The notes under the pieces were generated by a model that saw nothing but the letters and a program-made list of their open reading frames with translations, was not told the origin of the DNA and did no database searches. From NCBI GenBank assembly GCA_035631035.1, contig DASQJL010000096.1:1234-65233 (forward strand): a stretch of DNA of 64,000 nt, read 5' to 3'. This document shows, piece after piece, positions 24,683 through 34,476 of the stretch (its first letter is position 1; the number at the start of each line of letters is the position of its first letter). This DNA is from Candidatus Binatia bacterium. Its GTDB lineage: Bacteria; Eisenbacteria; RBG-16-71-46; SZUA-252. Made by a program: the position numbers and the translations under genes.

Positions 24683-26422
24683 CTAACGCAGGAACGCGAC
24701 TTTGCGGACCGCCGACCCTTCGGGCGTGGAGAGACGCATCCAGTAGACGCCGCTCGCGGCGGGCGAGCCGCCCTGGCCGCGTCCGTCCCAGGTGAGCGCG
24801 TGGGTGCCCGGCTCGGAGATCCGCTGCTCGATGGTGCGCACCAGCGCTCCGCGCGCGTCGAAGACCTGGACCCGGACCGGGCCGCTCGTTCGGGTCGTGA
24901 AGGCGATGCTCGCCGCGCCGCGCGCCGGATTTCCGGAAGCGATGCGGGCCGCGAGGGGGCCGCCGTCGATCGCGGCCGCGAGGCCGGTCGGTCCCACCGG
25001 GTGGCGCACGGCCTGGTCCAGCTGGATCAACCCGTTCCCATAGAGCGGGTCGAAGGCCCGGGTCGTCTGGAACCGGTTCACCGCCGTGGCCCGGAGCGTC
25101 TGCTCGATCGCGCCCTGGTCGCGGAGCCCCAGCGAGCGGAGGAGCGCCACCGCACCCGAAACGTGCGGTGCCGCGTTCGACGTGCCGAACTGCACGAAGA
25201 CGTCGAACGAATCGGGATTCGCGAGGGACCCGGCCGAGCGGTAGGGCTTGATGCTCAGCACGAAGATGCCGTCCTGGACATGGTCGCCGTTCACGTCGCC
25301 GAAATCGCCTCCGGGGGCCATGAAGTCGACGTCGGGCCCGTACGAGGAGTAGGCCGCGCGCGTGTCGTCGGGGCCCGTGGCGCCGACGGCGATGACGCCC
25401 GGGTATCCGGCGGGCAGGCTCACTTCCGGCGCGCCGAAATTGCCGGTGGCGGCCACGAGGATCGTGCCGCGGCGCTGCGCGTAGGTCACCGCGTCCTGCA
25501 GCGGGTTGAACATGTGCGCCAGGAAGCTCTCCCGGTATCCGAGAGCCCGGAACAGGCGCACCGGCGGGAAGCCGAGGCTCAGGTTGGCGATGTCGGCGCC
25601 CTGGTCGGCCGCGAGGCGGATCCCCTTGATGATCCACTCCATGTCCGAGTCGTTCCGGTAATCGATCACCTTGATCGGCAGGATCGTCACGCCGAAGGCG
25701 ATCCCCGCGCTGCCGGCCGTGTTGTTGGCCGCGCCCGCGGCGATCGTGGTGATGAACGTGCCGTGCCCGTTGTCGTCGTTGGGGTGGGCGTCCTCATGCA
25801 CGAAGTCCCAGCCGGGGAGGAAGGGCCCCGGAAGCTCAGGCGAGCGGCGGTACATGGTCACGCCCGGCTTGACGAAGGGGCGCTCGTATTCGGGAATCTC
25901 GTGATCTTCGTACGCCACGCCGGTGTCGATGATGGCGAGAACGACGTCGGGATGTCCGGTCACGACGTCCCAGGCGTCATAGGCGTGCACCGCGCGCAGG
26001 TTCCAGGCGAGATCGAAATGCGCGATGGTCGTGTCGTTGGGCGTGAAGAAGCCGCGCGCGTAGAGGTTCGGGGCCGCGTAGTCCACGTCGGCACGCGCGT
26101 TCCAGTGGTCCAGCATGTCGTCGACGGTCTGCCCCGGGGCGAGCCGGATCTTCACGAGACCGTCCGGCGTCACGTCGCTCGCCAGCTGGGCGCCCTCGGA
26201 CGCGGCTGCCGCCTGCCGCTGTGCGGCCGTGACCGATCCCTTGAACTGCACGAGCAGCTCGCCGGGGACGTATCCGGGTTGGTGGAATCCGGGCTCGAGC
26301 CCGACCGGGATCTCCCAGAGCCACGACTGCGCGACGGCGGGGGCAGGAGCAAGGAGGGAGAGCGCCGCGACGATCAGGACGGCGGTCGAGAGGCTGTCTG
26401 CAATCCACCGGAACCGGATCAT
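24683..26422 (-). CDS. Secreted subtilisin-like serine protease (S8) with I9-like propeptide and FlgD-Ig/T9SS-type C-terminal domain
   Basis: Asp AIIDTGV, His HGTFITTIAAG, Ser GTSNAAPHVSGAVALL. C-terminal GVYWMRLSTPEGSAVRKVAFLR. Trimmed to ATG 26422, which is preceded by GGAGG at 4-nt spacing. Confidence 0.88.
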   Translation of the reverse strand: MIRFRWIADSLSTAVLIVAALSLLAPAPAVAQSWLWEIPVGLEPGFHQPGYVPGELLVQFKGSVTAAQRQAAAASEGAQLASDVTPDGLVKIRLAPGQTVDDMLDHWNARADVDYAAPNLYARGFFTPNDTTIAHFDLAWNLRAVHAYDAWDVVTGHPDVVLAIIDTGVAYEDHEIPEYERPFVKPGVTMYRRSPELPGPFLPGWDFVHEDAHPNDDNGHGTFITTIAAGAANNTAGSAGIAFGVTILPIKVIDYRNDSDMEWIIKGIRLAADQGADIANLSLGFPPVRLFRALGYRESFLAHMFNPLQDAVTYAQRRGTILVAATGNFGAPEVSLPAGYPGVIAVGATGPDDTRAAYSSYGPDVDFMAPGGDFGDVNGDHVQDGIFVLSIKPYRSAGSLANPDSFDVFVQFGTSNAAPHVSGAVALLRSLGLRDQGAIEQTLRATAVNRFQTTRAFDPLYGNGLIQLDQAVRHPVGPTGLAAAIDGGPLAARIASGNPARGAASIAFTTRTSGPVRVQVFDARGALVRTIEQRISEPGTHALTWDGRGQGGSPAASGVYWMRLSTPEGSAVRKVAFLR

Positions 26423-26517
26423 GCGTCCTCCGCGGAAGGTCGGGGCGCGTTGCGGGCCCGCTGCGGTGTGCGATCCGGGGGGACGGCGGCACTCGGCGCG
26501 GAACGAGATGTCCATCA

Positions 26518-26526
26518 ATTCTAGCA
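26518..26526 (-). promoter_or_regulatory. Candidate extended -10 promoter element for the S8 protease gene
   Basis: The minus strand reads TGCTAGAAT ~90 nt upstream of ATG 26422. There is no good -35. Confidence 0.25.
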
Positions 26527-26567
26527 TACGTGCGCCGCACGCCGACGCGACGGGAAAACGCTCCGGG

Positions 26568-27635
26568 CTAGGCCAGCCGCTCCCCCGACTCGGGATCGAA
26601 GAGGACAGCACGGGAGGCATCGGGACGAAGCCGGATCGCCGCCCCCGGCGCCGGGGCGCTTTCGGAGGGCGGAATCCGGATCACCATCCTCCCCCAGTCG
26701 CCGCCCGCGTGGAGGAGGGACTCCCCGCCCAGGTGCTCCACCCGCTCCACGCGCGCCGCCATGTCCCCGCCGGACAGCGCGACCCCTTCGGGGCGGAGGC
26801 CGAGCAGAGCGCGCCCGGCCCGCGGACGCGCGGCCGCTCCCAGGTCCAGGCGCCAGCCGCTCGCCTGAAACGAGGCGCCGCCCGCGCCGCGCACCACCTC
26901 GCCCTCGATGAGGTTGATCGGCGGCTCCCCCACGAAGCGCGCGACGAAGAGGTCGCGCGGGTCGCGATAGACCGACTGCGGCGCCCCGATCTGCCGGACC
27001 TGCCCCGCGCGCATGACGGCGACCTGGTCGCCCAGCGACAGCGCCTCCTTCTGGTCATGGGTGACGTAGATCGACGTGGTGCGCGTCAGCCGGTGGAGGC
27101 GCGCCAGCTCCTCGCGGAGCTCCTGGCGGAGCTGGGCGTCCAGGCTGGAGAGCGGCTCGTCGAAGAGGTAGAGCCTGGGGCGGCGCACCAGCGCGCGGCC
27201 CACCGCGACCCGCTGGCGCTCGCCGCCGGAGAGCTCGCGGGGACGCTTCTGGAGATAGCGCGTGAGCCCCAGCGTCTCCGCCGCTTCCTTCACCCGGCGA
27301 TCGGTCTCCGCCTCCGGCGTCTTCCGCGCGCGGAGCCCCAGCCCCAGGTTCTCGGCGACCGTCATGTGCGGGTAGAGCGCGAGCCCCTGGAACACCATCG
27401 CCACGTCGCGGTCCTTGGGTTCGAGGCGGGTCACGTCGGACCCGTCCATGCGGATCGAGCCGGACGTGGGCATCTCCAGACCCGCGATGAGTCGAAGGAG
27501 GCTAGACTTGCCGCACCCGGAGGGACCGAGGATCGCGAGGAACGCGCCGTCCTCGAGCGCGAGGTCCACGCCATCCACGGCGCGGGTGCCGTTGGGATAG
27601 GTCAGCGTGAGCGCGGCGAGCGTGAGGGAAGCCAT
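26568..27635 (-). CDS. ABC transporter ATP-binding protein, MalK/UgpC/MsiK-like (carbohydrate-importer ATPase), no permease genes adjacent
   Basis: Walker A GPSGCGKSS. Signature LSGGERQRVAVGRAL. Walker B LYLFDEPLS. C-terminal TOBE-like regulatory domain. Confidence 0.88.
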   Translation of the reverse strand: MASLTLAALTLTYPNGTRAVDGVDLALEDGAFLAILGPSGCGKSSLLRLIAGLEMPTSGSIRMDGSDVTRLEPKDRDVAMVFQGLALYPHMTVAENLGLGLRARKTPEAETDRRVKEAAETLGLTRYLQKRPRELSGGERQRVAVGRALVRRPRLYLFDEPLSSLDAQLRQELREELARLHRLTRTTSIYVTHDQKEALSLGDQVAVMRAGQVRQIGAPQSVYRDPRDLFVARFVGEPPINLIEGEVVRGAGGASFQASGWRLDLGAAARPRAGRALLGLRPEGVALSGGDMAARVERVEHLGGESLLHAGGDWGRMVIRIPPSESAPAPGAAIRLRPDASRAVLFDPESGERLA

Positions 27636-27718
27636 GCGCGGCTACGGTAGCAGGCGATCGGGGGCCGTGCCAGCGTCCGCACGGCCCTTCTGCGAGGAAG
27701 GCACCCGGGGTGCGGCCG

Positions 27719-28228
27719 CTAGATCCTCCGCGAGTCGTACGCCCAGTGGAGCAGCGCCTGCCGCTGCCGGGGGCGGCAGGAGAGGTCCCTGCGGCGGCAG
27801 TTCTTCTCGATCTGCGCGGCGTGCCGGCGCACCGCGCGCCAGCGCCGGATCTGCCGCTCGTCGTCGGGGCAGCGACGCCCCGAGTAGTAGCGGCAGTACC
27901 ACTGGAACCAGCCGCGCGGATCCTCGCGGTAGATCCACCCCTTCTTCCTCCAGACCGAGAGCGGCTGCGACGCGTTCACGCCGAAGTAGTTGAGCGCCGG
28001 ATCGTGCCGCTCGGGACAGAGCTTGGCGAACCGGAACCAGTCGGCGGGGAATTCCGCGAGACAGTCGGTCATGTAGCGTCCGCCGAAGACGCCCAGCCGA
28101 AGGAGCTGCTTGGGGGTCAGCTCCGGGCGGAACTCGGGATGGAAGTTCCGCCCCATCGGCTCGGTGCGATGGTAGGCGTATCCTCGCTGCATCCGGTCGT
28201 TCACGACGATCCGCGCGCCGCGGGTCAT
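27719..28228 (-). CDS. Hypothetical W/R/C-rich protein
   Basis: Trimmed to ATG 28228 (MTRGARIVVNDRMQRGYAYH...). Ordinary composition, with WFQWYCRYYSGRRCPDDERQIRRW and NCRRRDLSC. I cannot name the family. Confidence 0.55.
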   Translation of the reverse strand: MTRGARIVVNDRMQRGYAYHRTEPMGRNFHPEFRPELTPKQLLRLGVFGGRYMTDCLAEFPADWFRFAKLCPERHDPALNYFGVNASQPLSVWRKKGWIYREDPRGWFQWYCRYYSGRRCPDDERQIRRWRAVRRHAAQIEKNCRRRDLSCRPRQRQALLHWAYDSRRI

Positions 28229-28241
28229 GATGACGCGCCAG

Positions 28242-29810
28242 TCAAGCGCGCGGCGACGGGGCCGGCTCGGCGCGACGGCCCAGCCGGGAAGCGAGGTCGC
28301 GCTCCCGGGACGCTGCCGAGGCATAGCCCTCGTGCTCCAGCACCAGGGCCTCGGCGCGATGGCTCCCCTCGTAGGCGGCGTCCACGCGCAGCATCGCCTC
28401 GGCGGCGTCGGAGGCGACCTCCCACGCTCCGGCCTCGCGCGCGAGGCGGCCCGCCCACTCCAGCTCGAAGAGCGTGAGCGCGCGCGCCGGATCGCCGCGT
28501 GAGGGCGCGCCGGCGGCCGCGTCCCGAACGGCCTGCTCCAGGGCGTCGGCGCGCGGCACGGTCGCGCCCGTCGCCGCGGGGATCGCCAGCGCTTCGCGAC
28601 GCGCGGCCTCGATCTCGCCCCGCATCTCCTCGTCACGCCGCAGGGCGCGCAGCGCCCAGGCGGCGCGGACGTGTCCCGCGACCCGGGTTGCCGAGGAGGG
28701 ATCGCGGGTCATCGCGCGGGCCAGCCGGAGCGCTTCGGCCCAGCGCCCGGCGGCGATCAGGTCGCCCGGCAGCTCGAGCGATTCGCGCGCGAGGAGCGTG
28801 GAGACCACCCCGTCCGGCGCATCCGGCCGCGCTCGTGGTGGCACCGTCCGACGTCCCTCGTCCTGGGCCACCGCGGCCATGAGATTCAGATTGTGGCTGT
28901 GGTGCCAGTCGTAGCGGGGCTCGATGCCTTCGTTCCGGTAGTAGGCGCGCTCCATGGCGTCGGCCCTCCGGAACTGCGCGACGGCTTCGGCGATCCGTCC
29001 CGCGCGCCGAAGCGCGTGCCCCCACATGTGCGCGGCATGCGGGATCGACGGCGCGAGGCGCGCGTATTCCGCGCCGTGAGCCAGCGCGCTGTCGGCGATC
29101 CCCAGCCCCTCGTAGGTGTGCGTCAGGAAATGGTGGGCCGAGGCGTGGTCGGGGATCAGCCGGAGCACGTGCCGGTAATAGGAGATCGAGGCCTCGGTCC
29201 CCAGCTGGCCGCGACCGGCCGGGCTCGGCTCCTCGGCGTTCCCGCGCAAGAGGAGGAGTCCGATGTCGTCGGGATCCGATGCGAGCGCCTCATCCAGGGC
29301 CTTCTTGTACGCGCGGAACTTCCGTTCGTTCTTGGGATCGTCCATGGCCTCGAGCTGCTTCGCGCGGATCGCGATGCGCCGCCGTTCGCGCGGGCTCGCC
29401 TCCGACTGCAGCGTCCGGGCGGCCGCCAGCTCCTGCTTCGCGGCCGAGGCGTCCTCCAGCCCCGTGAACGAGCGGCTCAGGCCGATGTGCGCCATGGCGA
29501 GGCGAGGATCGAGCCGGAGCGCCTGGTGGAACGATCGCGCGGCCTCCACCCAGACGTACGACTCCAGGTAGTCCAGCCCCTGATCGTAGAGGGCCTGGGC
29601 CTCCGAGGACGTCGTGGTGACCGGCTCATGCGAGTTGCCGATGCCGGAACGCAGCCCGACGGGGCGCTCGAGGATGGAATCGGGGACGCCCCCGTGCGCC
29701 CGGGCATCGGCGGGCGACGCCGGGGCCGCGCCGGCCGGAATCGCCGCGATCCAGAGGACGCAAACGGCGCCGATGCGGCGAAGGCAGCGATCGAGGGCAT
29801 TCGGGAACAT
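28242..29810 (-). CDS. Secreted TPR-repeat protein
   Basis: Trimmed to ATG 29810 (MFPNALDRCLRRIGAVCVLWIAAIPAGAA). Contains repeated TPR-like helices, e.g. EAQALYDQGLDYLESYVWVEAARSFHQALRLDPRLAMAHIGLS. Confidence 0.75.
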   Translation of the reverse strand: MFPNALDRCLRRIGAVCVLWIAAIPAGAAPASPADARAHGGVPDSILERPVGLRSGIGNSHEPVTTTSSEAQALYDQGLDYLESYVWVEAARSFHQALRLDPRLAMAHIGLSRSFTGLEDASAAKQELAAARTLQSEASPRERRRIAIRAKQLEAMDDPKNERKFRAYKKALDEALASDPDDIGLLLLRGNAEEPSPAGRGQLGTEASISYYRHVLRLIPDHASAHHFLTHTYEGLGIADSALAHGAEYARLAPSIPHAAHMWGHALRRAGRIAEAVAQFRRADAMERAYYRNEGIEPRYDWHHSHNLNLMAAVAQDEGRRTVPPRARPDAPDGVVSTLLARESLELPGDLIAAGRWAEALRLARAMTRDPSSATRVAGHVRAAWALRALRRDEEMRGEIEAARREALAIPAATGATVPRADALEQAVRDAAAGAPSRGDPARALTLFELEWAGRLAREAGAWEVASDAAEAMLRVDAAYEGSHRAEALVLEHEGYASAASRERDLASRLGRRAEPAPSPRA

Positions 29811-29926
29811 GCGAGAGACCACCGATGGACAGGTTCGGAACCGGGCGGGCGCGTGGCCCAACCTGTTTGGATGGAATCGCGACCGGGCGCGATTCAGCGA
29901 TTCCGAGGCCCTAAATGAGTGCGGGG

Positions 29927-31048
29927 CTATTTCTTCCGCGGCTCCTCCAGCCCCTCGTCCGGCCGCCGGTAGGTTCCGCTCCGGATCTGCCGCACCATCG
30001 CGACCAGCTCCTTCGCGGCGTGCCGCGTCTCCTCCTGGAATGCCGCGTCGCGGTCCAGGTCGTCGTGGCTGGTGGCGTAGGGCTCGTAGTAGCCGACGTA
30101 GCGATCGATTCCCGCGACGGGCCCGGCCGGGATCATCTCGAGATCGGTCATCCAGTCCACGAGAATCCGGCGCAGGTTCTCCGCGCCGGCCGCGTCCGCG
30201 TGCACGACCACCGAGAACGCGCGCCCGGCCAGATGCTTCGGGTAGGGCCACCCGGCCAGCTCGATCGCTTTCGCCCTGGCGGCATCCTTCCCGCGGGTCG
30301 TCGTCGGATCGGGATTCCCTCCGTCGGCGCAGACCAGGCGATCGATCATCAGCTTGAGCACGCTGGGCGACTGGTACCAGTTCACCGGCGTCACGATCAT
30401 CACGCCGTGCGCGGCGATCCACATCGGGTAGATGTCCGCCATCCAGTCGTTCACCTGGCCCAGCGCGTGGTTCGGGTAGCAGGAGCACGGCCAGTGGCAG
30501 AGCGGCTGCGCCGTCGAGACGCATGCCTTGCAGGGATAGATCACCAGATGCGCCTCGGCGGTGAGGCGGCTCAGATCCAGGAAGTCCACCTCCACGCCCG
30601 GCTCGCCGGCGATCGCCTCGCGCGCGATCTTCGTCAGGCGATAGGTCTTCGAGATCTCGCCGGGGCAGGTCTGGTCGGTGCGCGCCGAGGCGTTGATGAC
30701 GAGGATGCGCGAAGCGCCGGCGGGGTCGTCGTGCCGTTTCTGAGCCTCGAGGACGCGGCGCCGCGCATCGAGCCACTCCACGGGAAGGGGAAAGCTCGGG
30801 TCGGCGAACTCCGGGCCGGCCGGCTTCGTGCGCGGGCTCTTGCGATACTCGTGGTAGGCCTGCCACGCCACGTCGATGACGCGCTCCAGCTCGCCCGGGA
30901 TCTTCTCGAACGCGGGGTCGTAGGCGCGCGCCAGGATGCGCGCCCGGAAGGTCTCGCGATCCAGGTCGAACTTCTGGTCGCCCTTCACGACCCTTGGCTC
31001 CGGAGCGTCTCCGGCGCCGGCCGCCCTGCCGCTTTCGTCGCCCGTCAT
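29927..31048 (-). CDS. Flavodoxin-fold NAD(P)H-dependent oxidoreductase-like protein with an internal Cys cluster (iron-sulfur flavoprotein-like)
   Basis: 373 aa. ILVINASARTDQTCPGEISKT (FMN-reductase-type P-loop-like start) and IYPCKACVSTAQPLCHWPCSC. Confidence 0.6.
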   Translation of the reverse strand: MTGDESGRAAGAGDAPEPRVVKGDQKFDLDRETFRARILARAYDPAFEKIPGELERVIDVAWQAYHEYRKSPRTKPAGPEFADPSFPLPVEWLDARRRVLEAQKRHDDPAGASRILVINASARTDQTCPGEISKTYRLTKIAREAIAGEPGVEVDFLDLSRLTAEAHLVIYPCKACVSTAQPLCHWPCSCYPNHALGQVNDWMADIYPMWIAAHGVMIVTPVNWYQSPSVLKLMIDRLVCADGGNPDPTTTRGKDAARAKAIELAGWPYPKHLAGRAFSVVVHADAAGAENLRRILVDWMTDLEMIPAGPVAGIDRYVGYYEPYATSHDDLDRDAAFQEETRHAAKELVAMVRQIRSGTYRRPDEGLEEPRKK

Positions 31049-31052
31049 GGGG

Positions 31053-32573
31053 TCAGCTCTCCAGGGGTCTCGGGAAGGTCGTTGCGGCCGGAATGAGCTC
31101 CGCGTCGGGTCCCGGGTCGCGGCGGAGCAGCGTCGCGATCGCGATGCCGAACGAGAGCGCCTGGCCGACCAGCCCCACCATGAGGTCGGCTCGATCCGGC
31201 AGCGGGGGCGCCCCCACGATCAACGCCCACGCCAGCGCGAAGGCGATCACCAGCGGAACGCGGCCGCGAATGCCTCCCGCCAGGTACGTCAGCAGCCAGA
31301 GCGCCGTGACGGTGACGTAGGAGGAGGGGGCGAACGGCGCCCGCAACGAGGCGATCGTCAGGAGCGCGAGCCAGGTGCGCGCCTCGCCCACACGGCTCCG
31401 GAATCCGCGAGCGGCCCTCTGATTGAGCGCGAGGATCGCCAGGGTGAAGAGCCAGACCAACGCGAGGCCCACCCCCCGGCTCATCCCCGGCAGGCCGAGA
31501 AGGGCCAGCTTCGGGACCACGCTCGCGATCGAGAAGTTCCGCGACAGGAAGAAGACAGGCACGCCGGGCCGGTTCACGAAGGAGAACGCCTCGCCGGTGA
31601 CGATGCGCGGCACCTGGAACGTGAAGAAGTCCAGGAGCGGCTTCCACCCCACGACCGGGATCGAGAGGAGCGTGAACCCGGCGAGGAAGGCGACGCTCCA
31701 CCCGGCCGCCGGCCACTGGCGGCGCAGCGCCAGGTAGAGAAGGAACATCGCCGGAAAGACTTTCCCGAGGATCGCGAACGCGAGCAGGGCTCCGCCCAGT
31801 GCCGCGCGCCGCTCCTCGAACGCGATCATCGCCACCACGGTGAGGCCGACCGCCATCATGTGGAACTGCCCGAACTGGAGATCGAACATCGTCGGGATCG
31901 AGGCGAAGAGCAGGGGCAAAAGCAGCCCCGCCGTCAGCCCGTAGCGTCCGCCGACCCACGCGGCGAGGAGGAGAACGGCCGCCATCAGCGACACGGTCTG
32001 GAGCGCGAACCACGCGGCGCGAATCGCGTCGAAGGAGTTCGTGGCCGCGAGCGCCGCGCGCGGCAGCAGCAGGAAGGGCGACGGGTACTCGTACGGGTCC
32101 TCGATCCAGCGGCTCAGCCCCGCGACCGGAGAGGGAAATCCCGGCGCGCTGTCGACCGGCGCCGTGAAGGCGGGATACCAGCGCGGGTCGTAGATGTTCT
32201 CCTCGCCCCGGCGCGCGAGATCGGCGGCGTGCACGTAGGCGGACAGGCACTGGTGGTTCGAGACGAGCGGGTCGGGAATCGTGGAGCCCCAGAGCCTCGA
32301 GGAGTCGGCCATGAAGGCGGAGAGGCGGCCCATCTGCGCGATCGCCACGAGCGCGAGGAGAAGCCAGGCCGCGGCCACGAGCGGGCGCCGCCGGATGGCT
32401 CCGCGCAGCGATCCCGGAAGACGGCGGGCGCCCCACGGGAGGGCGGCGAAGCAGGCGATCAGGGCCGCGACGGCCAGCGGGACCGATGCCCGTGCCGCGA
32501 TCGGGACGATCACGGCGGCCGCGAGCGCGGAACCGAAGAAGGCGACGGTCCACTGCTCGAGGCTGGGGCGCAT
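31053..32573 (-). CDS. Polytopic membrane protein, GT-C-type glycosyltransferase-like (DUF2029/GT87-like)
   Basis: Trimmed to ATG 32573. At least 10 hydrophobic segments, with loop motifs as in membrane mannosyl/arabinosyl-transferase-like proteins. The family call is tentative. Confidence 0.6.
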   Translation of the reverse strand: MRPSLEQWTVAFFGSALAAAVIVPIAARASVPLAVAALIACFAALPWGARRLPGSLRGAIRRRPLVAAAWLLLALVAIAQMGRLSAFMADSSRLWGSTIPDPLVSNHQCLSAYVHAADLARRGEENIYDPRWYPAFTAPVDSAPGFPSPVAGLSRWIEDPYEYPSPFLLLPRAALAATNSFDAIRAAWFALQTVSLMAAVLLLAAWVGGRYGLTAGLLLPLLFASIPTMFDLQFGQFHMMAVGLTVVAMIAFEERRAALGGALLAFAILGKVFPAMFLLYLALRRQWPAAGWSVAFLAGFTLLSIPVVGWKPLLDFFTFQVPRIVTGEAFSFVNRPGVPVFFLSRNFSIASVVPKLALLGLPGMSRGVGLALVWLFTLAILALNQRAARGFRSRVGEARTWLALLTIASLRAPFAPSSYVTVTALWLLTYLAGGIRGRVPLVIAFALAWALIVGAPPLPDRADLMVGLVGQALSFGIAIATLLRRDPGPDAELIPAATTFPRPLES

Positions 32574-33061
32574 CAGAATCCGGTCTCGATCGGCTCCGAC
32601 GGCAACCCTCCTTCGATCAGGTCCGCGACCAGCGATCCCAGCCGCATCGGGGCGAATTCCTTCGATTCGGCCGGGAGCTCCGCGAGGGGCCACCAGCGGA
32701 GCTCGGCCATCGCCTCCCGCTCGGACGGCACCGGATTGCGCGAGGTGTCGGGCTCGAACCGATCGGCGCGGACCAGGTAGAAGTGCTCGCGCTCATTCAC
32801 CCACTGGCCGGCCCAGCGGTAGCGGCCGTGACGGACCCAGACCTGGGCGCCGATGTCGAGATCGCCTCGTCCCAGCTCTTCCTCCAGCTCCCGGCGCAGC
32901 GCTTCGCGGTGCGTCTCGCCGGGGGCGATGCCCCCTCCCGGCGTGATCCAGAGCCTCCGGTCCGGAACGACGAGGTGGATCAGGAGCAGCGCGGGATCGG
33001 GCGTCAGGATCAGCGCGCGCACGCACTCACGCAAGCGAAACGTCGGAGCGAACGCGGTCAT
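32573..33061 (-). CDS. NUDIX hydrolase
   Basis: Nudix box GGGIAPGETHREALRRELEEELG. Trimmed to ATG 33061. The stop shares 1 nt with the downstream start (TGATG). Confidence 0.85.
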   Translation of the reverse strand: MTAFAPTFRLRECVRALILTPDPALLLIHLVVPDRRLWITPGGGIAPGETHREALRRELEEELGRGDLDIGAQVWVRHGRYRWAGQWVNEREHFYLVRADRFEPDTSRNPVPSEREAMAELRWWPLAELPAESKEFAPMRLGSLVADLIEGGLPSEPIETGF

Positions 33062-33071
33062 GCGATGGCGT

Positions 33072-33860
33072 TCAGGGCCGCTTGCGGGCTTTCCAGACTT
33101 CCTCCGACGGCCACTGTCGCGCCCATTCCGCCGTGACGAAGGGATGGCGCGTGGTCGCGCCTTCCGGCGGGCGCACCTCGACGAGGTCCTCCACTTCGAA
33201 TCCGGCACCGCGCAGGATCCGGAACCATTCGCCGTGGCTCTTGTGGAACTCGACGCCCGAATCGCCGGGCCAGGCGATCCGCCCCATCCCGAACGCGGGG
33301 CGAAGAAGTCGCTCGCCGGCCGCCTCGGTTTCATCCTCCGGCATGCAGAGCATCAGGAGGAACGCGTTGGTCAGGAAGTGGAGCCGCCCGCCGGGTCGGA
33401 GGAGTCGCGCGGCCTCCGGCACCCATTGCTCCGGATCGGCCCAGAGACACGCCCCGTATTCGGAGATCGCGAAGTCGAACGATGCGTCCGGATAGGGGAC
33501 CGACTCCGCGTTGCCATGGACCAGCGGAAATTCGAGGCCGTGCTCGCGCTGAAGCCGGCGCGCGGTTTCGAGCTGCGTCTCGGAATTGTCGATGCCGACG
33601 ACGCGGGCGCCGCGGCGCGCGAGCCAGGAGGAAACGTACGCCGTGCCGCATCCCAGCTCGATCGCGTCGCGGCCCGAGAGGTCGTCCGGAAGCATTCCGA
33701 TCTCTCGCTCGGGAATGTTCCAGATGCCCCAGGTCGGCTCGCGCGCCGCCCAGTGGCGCTCGCCCGAGGCGACGTAATCGCTCGCTTTCTGGTCCCAGTA
33801 CGTCCGGTTGTGGAGGACGTGCTCCGGAAGCTCCGTCACACGCTTCCCGGTTACATCCAC
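33072..33860 (-). CDS. Class I SAM-dependent methyltransferase
   Basis: Motif I AIELGCGTAYVSSWLARRGARVVGID. 262 aa. Confidence 0.85.
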   Translation of the reverse strand: MDVTGKRVTELPEHVLHNRTYWDQKASDYVASGERHWAAREPTWGIWNIPEREIGMLPDDLSGRDAIELGCGTAYVSSWLARRGARVVGIDNSETQLETARRLQREHGLEFPLVHGNAESVPYPDASFDFAISEYGACLWADPEQWVPEAARLLRPGGRLHFLTNAFLLMLCMPEDETEAAGERLLRPAFGMGRIAWPGDSGVEFHKSHGEWFRILRGAGFEVEDLVEVRPPEGATTRHPFVTAEWARQWPSEEVWKARKRP

Positions 33861-34363
33861 GGCTCGTCCGCGGTCGGTCCATAGATCGAGGGCACCTTGC
33901 CTCCCGCCATGCGGAGGTAGATGGAGAACTGCCCTCGATGGTGGATCTGATCGTGGAGCAGGAACCAGCAGACGTTCATGCGCGGGATGTCGCCCATCTG
34001 TTTCGGGCCGACGAAGAAGCGGACCGTCTCTTGAAGTTTCTCCTCCGGCATCGACCGGATCAGGTTGCCGAACTCGCGATGGGCGTCCTCGACGGCCTCG
34101 ATCAGCTCGAACCAGGAGCTGGGCGCGGGCGGAGGGTTGCCCGAGGGGGCGCTGCTCGCAAACGCGTCGTTCATGAGCATCACGCCCAGGCCGCGTTCCA
34201 GCTTGAAGACCCAGGCCAGCTCGCGCGCGGTCTTCGACATGGCGTGGGGCCGGAGATCCAGCTTGTCCTCGGGGTAGGCGTGGAGGATACGCATGGTGCG
34301 CTGGTGCTCGTCTTCGTAGACGGCCAGGAACTGCTCTTTATGGGAATGGGTGATGGTCGCCAT
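33851..34363 (-). CDS. DinB-family (DinB/YfiT-like four-helix bundle) protein
   Basis: 170 aa. His triad context: LRPHAMSKTARELAWVF, HREFGNL, LLHDQIHHRGQFSIYLR. Confidence 0.75.
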   Translation of the reverse strand: MATITHSHKEQFLAVYEDEHQRTMRILHAYPEDKLDLRPHAMSKTARELAWVFKLERGLGVMLMNDAFASSAPSGNPPPAPSSWFELIEAVEDAHREFGNLIRSMPEEKLQETVRFFVGPKQMGDIPRMNVCWFLLHDQIHHRGQFSIYLRMAGGKVPSIYGPTADEPWM

Positions 34364-34476
34364 GGGGCAGGCTCCTAACGCCGCGCCCGGGGCGCGGACG
34401 GGAAGAGACTAGTTCGCGATCGATCGGAGCCGGGGGCTGCTCCCGGGTCGGAATCGGATCGTAACTCGATTGTCGC

